64,000 bases of DNA. Source: Mytilus edulis. Lineage: Eukaryota. Below the pieces are notes generated by a model that made no database searches, had not been told where the DNA came from, and was given only the letters and a program-made list of their open reading frames with translations. Both the position numbers and the translations under genes were made by a program. Positions 63,001 through 64,000 of the stretch are shown here, one piece after another. Positions within the stretch are counted from its first letter, which is position 1; the number at the start of each line of letters is the position of its first letter. Where the stretch lies: the NCBI RefSeq assembly GCF_963676685.1, contig NC_092345.1:101680001-101744000 (forward strand), in the 5' to 3' direction.

Positions 63001-63744
63001 CCAAAATATGTACAATGATTAAAATGAAAAGCTGAGGTATTTTCTATATACAGCAGAATATCAATTACAAGAATACTGTGAATAATTATAAAACAAATAT
63101 AGACCCTGTATTCATCAATAATAGAAACATCTGTTTAACAACTAAAGATATCAATCATATTAATAGTCTTGAAAGAGTCCTAGAAATGAGAGTTCTATTG
63201 AAATTCTACTTGTGAAATACATCTTTTGCTGAAAACCCTTTCACAACTAGTATCAAAGTTTGCAATTTTGAATTCTGAGAGTGATAAGTTATACCATTTA
63301 AAGTTAATATGTAGTAAAACTTACTTGATAGAAATAGAAATTCTTTATTTGACCAATCATGGATCCTTGTCGTTTTTTAATTTTTCTCAATGTTTTTTTT
63401 TTAACAATAAAATGATAAAATACAATAATATAGAACTTTTTTCACGTATGAACTCATTTTATTGCAAACTAACCATTAAAAAAAATGATATATTCTATTT
63501 TCATAACCACTTCAGAAAAATCAAAATTGTAAACTACTGTTCCCTAGGTGTCTATAATCTCCTGCAACTAAAGACAAGGTTTCCCATGCATGATTTACCA
63601 GTGGTGACTACGTAAAGCAACTATGATATATAGAATAGCCTCCGTGTTGCTGAGTGCATGCACTTTTCTTACCTGTAGGTGGAGTTTGAGCATATCGTAC
63701 AGTATCATTTTGCATTGTGTACCAGTTTGAGGACAACTCTGGTT
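1..63744 (-). CDS. DNHD1: Divergent dynein heavy chain gene (dynein heavy chain domain-containing protein 1-like), multi-exon, partial at both ends
   Basis: About 60 GT-AG exons join in frame. Dynein motifs in order: linker (WLYLLKVF, FPRLYFISNEEL), YDYEYQG..RLVLTPLTDR, AAA1 GPASVGKS, AAA2 GPSGSGKS/WIVLDG/ASPATLARC, AAA3 GLPGVGKT/FYIDDLN/QPPLELLRQ, AAA4, stalk+MTBD (EVKSFREPP), AAA5 (WPMLIDP, YHPNFKLYLST). Strong divergence from canonical DNAH motifs, FPVQCVLVSEAILW and long low-complexity insertions point to the DNHD1 clade. Dynein family call is near-certain; the symbol is less so. Confidence 0.8.
183..752. mobile_element. Non-autonomous DNA transposon (MITE), TTAA target, Kolobok-like
   Basis: TTAA|AGTCATAAGAAAC ... 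GTTTCTTATGACT|TTAA; RR..YY termini. Confidence 0.8.
854..1062. mobile_element. MITE, TTAA target, Kolobok-like
   Basis: TTAA|GGAGGTAGAC..AGGGAAATAACTCT ... AGAGTTATCTCCCT..GTCTACCCCC|TTAA. Confidence 0.78.
1322..1566 (-). CDS. DNHD1: Dynein HC exon (GAPQARAQEL...MFEQH...KPGWM)
   Basis: 245 nt; LFE.H and P.W motifs. Confidence 0.9.
1870..2182 (-). CDS. DNHD1: Dynein HC exon (GPLLEDQTMLNSL...LY...HPYYYLPFSVFVEIF)
   Basis: 313 nt; G.LL.D..L..L and P.YQ.SL..F..F motifs. Confidence 0.93.
2640..2824 (-). CDS. DNHD1: Dynein HC exon (CVINMALSDEAIMNHLL...buttress start)
   Basis: 185 nt; INF......L..QLL pattern. Confidence 0.9.
3545..3730 (-). CDS. DNHD1: Dynein HC exon, AAA5 (SLDPVFRGLL...IKVG...YHPNFKLYLST)
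   Basis: 186 nt; hallmark AAA5 motifs. Confidence 0.95.
4036..4226 (-). CDS. DNHD1: Dynein HC exon, AAA5 (TMGRHSR...LINAIVH)
   Basis: 191 nt, phase 2 to 1; L..AI..G motif. Confidence 0.9.
4445..5308. repeat. 42-bp minisatellite, ~20 copies
   Basis: Unit AGAATAAAGAGGGGCCAACAGTCAACTTTGCCAGTGAGCGTC, with a few shortened units. Confidence 0.95.
5692..5730 (-). CDS. DNHD1: Microexon (DDSVRVHFQSDE)
   Basis: 39 nt, phase 2-2; TATTTCAG acceptor, GTAAGT donor. Confidence 0.65.
6533..6677 (-). CDS. DNHD1: S/T-rich insertion exon in AAA5 (GIPLESNR...TDYTK)
   Basis: 145 nt, phase 1 to 2; required for frame continuity. Confidence 0.85.
6720..7019. mobile_element. Palindrome + IR-module repeat element
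   Basis: Imperfect palindrome 6720-6870, then module bounded by ATAATTTAA..TTAAATTAT containing CGTTGATGACGTCA. Confidence 0.6.
7333..8134 (-). CDS. DNHD1: Dynein HC exon, CC2 end/AAA5 start (GDALITAACVCYHGP...NLPTDLHSIQNA...WPMLIDP)
   Basis: 802 nt; GD.L..A....Y.GP, LP.D..S..N and WPL.IDPQ motifs. Confidence 0.95.
8922..9044 (-). CDS. DNHD1: Dynein HC exon, stalk CC2 (AQAKLGQL...RHMQ)
   Basis: 123 nt, phase 0-0. Confidence 0.9.
9345..9615 (-). CDS. DNHD1: Dynein HC exon, MTBD/CC2 (WENAK...FDKDHIP...VSLSATNVCIWVHA)
   Basis: 271 nt; FDKD.I and S.A...LC.WV.A motifs. Confidence 0.95.
10245..10390 (-). CDS. DNHD1: Dynein HC exon, microtubule-binding domain (VNPNYQAALTAL...DLEEVKSFREPP..V..V..A.C.L)
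   Basis: 146 nt; hallmark MTBD P.L..A..AL....D..E.K....PP. Confidence 0.95.
10479..10696. mobile_element. Palindrome + IR-module repeat element
   Basis: Near-perfect palindrome 10479-10621, then TTCTAATGAAAC..GTTGCATTAGAA module. Confidence 0.65.
11681..11776 (-). CDS. DNHD1: Dynein HC exon, stalk CC1 (ALDRCKDQ...AQTDFDR)
   Basis: 96 nt, phase 0-0. Confidence 0.9.
12142..12312 (-). CDS. DNHD1: Dynein HC exon, stalk coiled coil 1 (ENIGKHEQALGKV...)
   Basis: 171 nt, phase 0-0; heptad pattern. Confidence 0.88.
12356..12630. mobile_element. Palindrome + IR-module repeat element
   Basis: Hairpin TAGAA..TATATTGCAC/GTGCAATATA..TTCTA, then TATAGCAATAT..ATATTGCTATA module containing CGTTGATGACGTCA. 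Confidence 0.6.
12930..13139 (-). CDS. DNHD1: Dynein HC exon (VPIPW...MAYMH...YSPLTFMEFV..F)
   Basis: 210 nt; TP..(Y/F)LE.I..F motif. Confidence 0.9.
13584..13741 (-). CDS. DNHD1: Dynein HC exon (...EYPGLV...VDLYKPWTFEA...)
   Basis: 158 nt; FP.L....ID....WP motif. Confidence 0.92.
14227..14394 (-). CDS. DNHD1: Dynein HC exon, AAA4 (GTSPGLYNEDE...FLKKVRHNLHVIVCLS)
   Basis: 168 nt; matches G..P.L...E and VR.NLH.V..S. Confidence 0.94.
15200..15288 (-). pseudogene. Paralogous copy of the start of exon 14227-14394 (GTSPGLYTSKEKYTICAD); pseudo-exon or alternative exon
   Basis: Same phase-1 AG|GT acceptor; first 7 codons encode identical GTSPGLY with only synonymous changes; no strong donor seen. 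Confidence 0.5.
15559..15730 (-). CDS. DNHD1: Dynein HC exon, AAA4 (LFEPKSQ...SGILGKPSVLL...LQDICSVMAD)
   Basis: 172 nt, phase 0 to 1. Confidence 0.9.
16490..16585 (-). CDS. DNHD1: Dynein HC exon, degenerate AAA4 Walker A (GHAVLLGMSYSTGRCTLARLAA)
   Basis: 96 nt; aligns to GHALLVG.GGSG(K/R)QSL.RLA. Confidence 0.92.
16940..17345. repeat. Interspersed repeat; shorter related copies at ~2240-2300 and, inverted, ~27505-27535
   Basis: Shared end TTTGGT(C/T)TCTTGTGGA..TTGTCTCATTG..AATCATA..ATCTT; resembles abundant mussel repeats. Confidence 0.55.
17510..17652 (-). CDS. DNHD1: Dynein HC exon, AAA4 start (YN...LDLVFFSEAIRHAARLSRVL)
   Basis: 143 nt; matches M.LV.F..A..H..RI.R.L. Confidence 0.94.
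18090..18183 (-). CDS. DNHD1: Dynein HC exon (LKGSSTSLVDFIFSKF...)
   Basis: 94 nt, phase 0 to 1. Confidence 0.85.
18419..18594 (-). CDS. DNHD1: Dynein HC exon (APGAPLTSR...KSVTFKAG...SMDE)
   Basis: 176 nt, phase 1 to 0. Confidence 0.85.
19732..19812 (-). CDS. DNHD1: Small insertion exon (ESSGTDSVEHEQMGVAKTKVAPPTDQT)
   Basis: 81 nt, phase 1-1. Confidence 0.75.
21037..21069 (-). CDS. DNHD1: Microexon (ASTRITVNTNK)
   Basis: 33 nt, phase 1-1; TTTTACCAG acceptor, AG|GTAAG donor. Confidence 0.62.
21522..21590 (-). CDS. DNHD1: Small insertion exon (AKKTPLTEVSKQQSESRASSYFT)
   Basis: 69 nt, phase 1-1; TTTTACAG acceptor, AG|GTAT donor. Confidence 0.68.
21701..21909. mobile_element. MITE with TA target site (Tc1/mariner-like)
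   Basis: TA|CTGTGGATTCATT.ATTTTCGT ... ACGAAAAT.AATGAATCCACAG|TA. Confidence 0.8.
22642..22791 (-). CDS. DNHD1: Acidic insertion exon (GADTELG...SEESESSEDDS...DTAR)
   Basis: 150 nt, phase 1-1. Confidence 0.82.
23254..23506 (-). CDS. DNHD1: S/T/E-rich insertion exon (GRGTPQTT...VRSRAS); alternative in-frame donor at 23185
   Basis: 253 nt, phase 0 to 1; open, purine-rich coding composition. Confidence 0.82.
24006..25428. mobile_element. Nested TTAA-flanked element (Kolobok-like)
   Basis: TTAA|GGGCATACGATACAC ... CTGTATTGTATGCCC|TTAA. Confidence 0.8.
24251..25049. mobile_element. Innermost foldback element with ~180-bp high-identity inverted arms
   Basis: ~24251-24431 is the reverse complement of ~24868-25049; weaker inner symmetry (24477-24513 vs 24789-24828); probable TA duplication. 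Confidence 0.8.
25834..25949 (-). CDS. DNHD1: Dynein HC exon (DSNWFSKSL...ETHSQT)
   Basis: 116 nt, phase 1 to 0; D..WF motif. Confidence 0.88.
26295..26474 (-). CDS. DNHD1: Dynein HC exon (...LWCHECTRMFADRLV)
   Basis: 180 nt; LW.HE..R.F.DRL motif. Confidence 0.94.
26942..27125 (-). CDS. DNHD1: Dynein HC exon (LRPTPTNAHYLFSLHDVARVVHG)
   Basis: 184 nt; matches PTP...HY.FNLRD...V..G. Confidence 0.94.
27560..27738 (-). CDS. DNHD1: Dynein HC exon (GYGLGK...STRLTRLF...EFAR)
   Basis: 179 nt; S.R..R.F arginine-finger region. Confidence 0.9.
28139..28270 (-). CDS. DNHD1: Dynein HC exon (YQPPLELLRQ...GCYDR)
   Basis: 132 nt; hallmark AAA3 Q.P.ELLRQ....G.YD. Confidence 0.95.
28525..28741 (-). CDS. 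DNHD1: Dynein HC exon, AAA3 Walker B (LFYIDDLN)
   Basis: 217 nt, phase 0 to 1. Confidence 0.92.
28925..29023 (-). CDS. DNHD1: Dynein HC exon, AAA3 Walker A (HPVLLTGLPGVGKT)
   Basis: 99 nt, phase 0-0. Confidence 0.94.
29543..29732 (-). CDS. DNHD1: Dynein HC exon (FKDKFSKF...TVFDY...F.RW...ITPD)
   Basis: 190 nt; T.FDY......W motif. Confidence 0.9.
29907..30072 (-). CDS. DNHD1: Dynein HC exon (DDNRK...FAFSYIWSFGG)
   Basis: 166 nt; F.F..IWS.GG motif. Confidence 0.92.
30603..31076. repeat. 59-bp tandem repeat x8 spanning the 5' splice site of exon 31063-31289
   Basis: ACCATCATGTTCC recurs at 30648, 30707, ... 31061. Confidence 0.95.
31063..31289 (-). CDS. DNHD1: Dynein HC exon (FKVWEELG...KSMEHD)
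   Basis: 227 nt, phase 2 to 1, frame-continuous. Confidence 0.88.
31521..31686 (-). CDS. DNHD1: Dynein HC exon (LIYETNYLSDASPATLARC...)
   Basis: 166 nt; matches FE..L..ASPATVSRC. Confidence 0.95.
33384..33651 (-). CDS. DNHD1: Dynein HC exon, AAA2 (FLGAFSDGIWQGG...WIVLDG..HPVWTESINTLFDEENKLSVANG)
   Basis: 268 nt; matches W..FDG..D..W.E.MN.VLD.N..L...NG. Confidence 0.95.
34266..39449. repeat. 31-bp satellite array, ~165 copies, intronic
   Basis: Unit GATATTGGTGAATG(A/G)CAATGG(T/C)ATGTCTTTT, with occasional 35-bp variant (GGCAAAATTATGGT). Confidence 0.98.
39472..39666 (-). CDS. DNHD1: Dynein HC exon, AAA2 (FLSALSAPE...VVTLNPTAVSPQE)
   Basis: 195 nt; .NP.A.....L.G motif. Confidence 0.9.
41171..41206 (-). 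CDS. DNHD1: Acidic microexon, 36 nt (ETLDKVGELDEE)
   Basis: TAACAG|...GAA|GTAAGT, phase 0-0, open frame. Confidence 0.72.
41901..41934. repeat. Poly-C tract (G-run on the transcribed strand)
   Basis: C9-T3-C~22 between the two acidic microexons. Confidence 0.9.
42097..42138 (-). CDS. DNHD1: Acidic microexon, 42 nt (ENESGSSEDEMGDE)
   Basis: TATAG|...GAA|GTAAGT, phase 0-0, open frame. Confidence 0.72.
42546..42746 (-). CDS. DNHD1: Dynein HC exon, AAA2 Walker A (RKGIILSGPSGSGKST)
   Basis: 201 nt, phase 0-0. Confidence 0.93.
42987..43267 (-). CDS. DNHD1: Dynein HC exon (EGEIGE...DRTVFMNHLRDTFP...EMIAR)
   Basis: 281 nt; D...F...L.D.FP motif. Confidence 0.9.
43667..43772 (-). CDS. DNHD1: Dynein HC exon (LPRKTQYQFGLKDIK...)
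   Basis: 106 nt; aligns to L....HYDFGLR. Confidence 0.9.
43911..44193. mobile_element. Palindromic (foldback) MITE-like element
   Basis: AACATTTACAGCCGATTTCATTGAGTGTGTAGCCATAGGTAATATCTTTGGTTA... mirrored at 44110-44193, plus an inner CTAGTCCA..TGGACTAG hairpin. Confidence 0.75.
44735..44872 (-). CDS. DNHD1: Dynein HC exon (NLLRPCALIVPDF...GF...LARKI)
   Basis: 138 nt; matches LFRP.AM..PD...GF....LA.K. Confidence 0.93.
45043..45239 (-). CDS. DNHD1: Dynein HC exon, AAA1 sensor I region (...GNIMFNGKLI...FSCFMSINT...DIPEVFK)
   Basis: 197 nt, phase 1 to 0; aligns to F.G..I.....FITMNP...LP.NLK. Confidence 0.9.
46232..47044 (-). mobile_element. Internally deleted hAT transposon with transposase C-terminal remnant
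   Basis: TIR CATACCTGTCAAC/GTTGACAGGTATG; flanking direct repeat ATTTAGC; CGGGT subterminal repeats. Confidence 0.9.
46406..46800 (-). pseudogene. hAT transposase C-terminal dimerisation-domain fragment
   Basis: FW....L..LAK.LLVLP.SNADSERAFS......R..L motif typical of the hAT dimerisation domain. Confidence 0.85.
47057..47320. mobile_element. MITE, TTAA target, Kolobok-like
   Basis: TTAA|GGTGGTACC ... GGTACCACC|TTAA; shares AGGGAGATAACTCT with element 854-1062. Confidence 0.8.
47595..47733 (-). CDS. DNHD1: Exon in AAA1 insertion (EKGLVTYFEDAW...RPPPLFY)
   Basis: 139 nt, phase 0 to 1, frame-continuous. Confidence 0.85.
47941..48130. repeat. Short tandem duplication, ~3 copies
   Basis: TAAACATGAAGTTTAACCAAAGTCAT.CAGGCATGTGTTGTACTTTATATCT repeated. 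Confidence 0.85.
48456..48569 (-). CDS. DNHD1: Exon in AAA1 insertion (KAGIGDKVIRRNSL...PHGFN)
   Basis: 114 nt, phase 0-0; ACAG acceptor and GTAAGT donor. Confidence 0.82.
49639..49650 (-). CDS. Candidate 12-nt microexon (MYSV), phase 0-0
   Basis: TTTGATTTACAG|ATGTATTCAGTG|GTATGT inside a phase-0 intron. Confidence 0.35.
50391..50503 (-). CDS. DNHD1: Dynein HC exon (GLMSVTAQHF...QPRFDK)
   Basis: 113 nt, phase 1 to 0; LSV.AQ-like motif. Confidence 0.9.
50760..51083. repeat. 62-bp tandem repeat x5 made of the 3' end of exon 51026-51158 plus its GTAA donor
   Basis: Sense unit GGCATGGTACAGTCAGGGACTGGCGTCTTGTTTGATGACACAGACAGACTAACTAGAG|GTAA. Confidence 0.95.
51026..51158 (-). CDS. DNHD1: Dynein HC exon, AAA1 Walker B region (LFGRNLVTVNCNE...GVLFDDTDRL)
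   Basis: 133 nt, phase 0 to 1; aligns to the canonical G....V.NC...G..Q.G.W.CFDEFNRL. Confidence 0.92.
51500..52270. repeat. 50-bp tandem repeat x12 (plus ~3 related 53-bp units) spanning the donor of exon 52258-52514
   Basis: AACATACCTT recurs every 50 bp from 51701 to 52251. Confidence 0.95.
52258..52514 (-). CDS. DNHD1: Dynein HC exon, AAA1 Walker A (YDYEYQG..RLVLTPLTDR...GPASVGKSETVKEL)
   Basis: 257 nt; hallmark dynein AAA1 N-terminal motifs. Confidence 0.95.
52971..53168 (-). CDS. DNHD1: Dynein HC exon (MIADGTDDEGNFEWQASLRY...)
   Basis: 198 nt, phase 1-1; F.W...LRY motif. Confidence 0.9.
53823..53977 (-). CDS. DNHD1: Dynein HC exon (MNTTSKLDQY...LHQRDMLD)
   Basis: 155 nt, phase 2 to 1; H.RD motif. 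Confidence 0.88.
54439..54658 (-). CDS. DNHD1: Dynein HC exon (GSRQPIH...WLLRFPVQCVLVSEAILW...)
   Basis: 220 nt, phase 1 to 2; P.Q..L...I.W motif. Confidence 0.9.
55256..55429 (-). CDS. DNHD1: Dynein HC exon (ADKLELTGMKG...WLKCLEQNMKNTM...)
   Basis: 174 nt, phase 1-1; WL..LE..M motif. Confidence 0.9.
55533..56709. repeat. 33-bp minisatellite (5 copies + 1) split by a hAT MITE
   Basis: Unit TGTGTCTTATGTGACTTATATCATCTTACCTAC; resumes in register after 56669. Confidence 0.9.
55698..56669. mobile_element. Non-autonomous hAT element
   Basis: TIR CAGGGCTTCCAAAA/TTTTGGAAGCCCTG with 8-bp TSD ACCTACTG. Confidence 0.9.
56812..57172 (-). CDS. DNHD1: Dynein HC exon (DWMRVVSND...FPRLYFISNEELVEVL...DFALN)
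   Basis: 361 nt; matches the dynein FPRF(Y)F.S..LLEIL motif. Confidence 0.93.
57725..57820 (-). CDS. DNHD1: Dynein HC exon (WLYLLKVFEKPD...VHKQFK)
   Basis: 96 nt, phase 0-0; W.YL..F linker motif. Confidence 0.9.
57862..58725. repeat. Interspersed repeat with internal tandem subunits (possibly Helentron/HINE-like)
   Basis: Recurring AAGCTTCTGTCCA and TTGAAATTT..AAAACTTTAACCACAGAGTGAAT units; GCC-rich tracts followed by GTCTCGCTTTTTCGACT..AAGGCT. Confidence 0.5.
58735..58985. repeat. Interspersed repeat; inverted fragment at ~7130-7170
   Basis: Ends TGTCTCTTTGACACA.TCCCCATTTCCATTCTCAATT; its reverse complement occurs at 7134-7170. Confidence 0.55.
59041..59304. mobile_element. Palindrome + IR-module repeat element
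   Basis: Imperfect palindrome 59041-59146, then TTATCGCTATTTTG..CAAAATAGCGATAA module. Confidence 0.6.
59593..59727 (-). CDS. DNHD1: Dynein HC exon, linker (DTRISIKGMMQSPYL...DLWFTCQKK)
   Basis: 135 nt, phase 0-0; DHC_N2-like M.SPY..W..L....W..Q pattern. Confidence 0.9.
59821..60223. mobile_element. MITE-like element with modular termini (GGACAAAAAGTCA subrepeats)
   Basis: GGACAGAAAATCACAGGACA vs TGTCCTGTGACTATCTGTCC; inverted subrepeat arrays at both ends. Confidence 0.65.
60749..60909 (-). CDS. DNHD1: Dynein HC exon, linker region (EPPKKPSSPRRR...EVDELKYQLQ)
   Basis: AG/GT boundaries, phase 1 to 0, in frame with the next exon. Confidence 0.85.
62160..62195 (-). CDS. DNHD1: Candidate microexon, 36 nt, phase 1-1 (EAERELDLQSIA)
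   Basis: TTACTAACAG acceptor, G|GTAATT donor, open frame. Confidence 0.55.
63673..63744 (-). CDS. DNHD1: Candidate cassette exon, 72 nt, phase 1-1 (EPELSSNWYTMQNDTVRYAQTPPT)
   Basis: CTATAG acceptor, AG|GTAAGA donor, open frame, phase compatible with exon 60749-60909. Confidence 0.55.
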
Positions 63745-64000
63745 CTATAGGTCAATTAAGAAAGGCGGTAAAATAGATAGGTCATTTATATGCAAGTTAA
63801 ATGGGAACATGAAAATGGGGAAGTGATTTTAGTATACAGATTATAATTAATATTATTTCTTGTTTGTAAATAAGAATTGTCCAAAGGGATCAATATGTTA
63901 AATGTAGTGGGGGATACAATAGGGTGATTCCTTCAAATACGGTACATCATTCATATGCAAGGTTCACACCAAATGAATCACTCTTAAAAAAGATTAAAAT

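Overview
AT-rich, intron-rich eukaryotic (animal) DNA. The interspersed repeats look like those of bivalve molluscs (Mytilus-like; this is recalled similarity, not a database result). The whole window lies inside one minus-strand gene encoding a highly divergent dynein heavy chain, most like DNHD1. I traced about 60 GT-AG exons by hand with continuous reading frame and matching phases. They run from the linker region (~63.7 kb) through AAA1-AAA4, the stalk/microtubule-binding domain and AAA5 towards AAA6 (position 1); both gene ends lie outside the window. The introns hold a 5.2-kb 31-bp satellite, several minisatellites, five TTAA-flanked (Kolobok-like) MITEs including a three-level nested insertion, two hAT-type elements and several palindromic elements. 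The most unusual observations are: (i) at least nine tandem duplications that span the gene's own splice junctions, giving arrays of up to 12 copies of one 5' splice site, with one old copy apparently under coding constraint; (ii) twin acidic microexons sharing an identical donor plus RNA hairpin; (iii) a synonymously diverged second copy of an AAA4 exon start; (iv) four sequence-unrelated elements sharing one 'palindrome + inverted-repeat module' architecture; (v) a non-canonical AAA1 Walker B motif. No prokaryotic genes, CRISPR arrays or RNA genes were found. Coordinates were counted by eye and may be off by a few bases.
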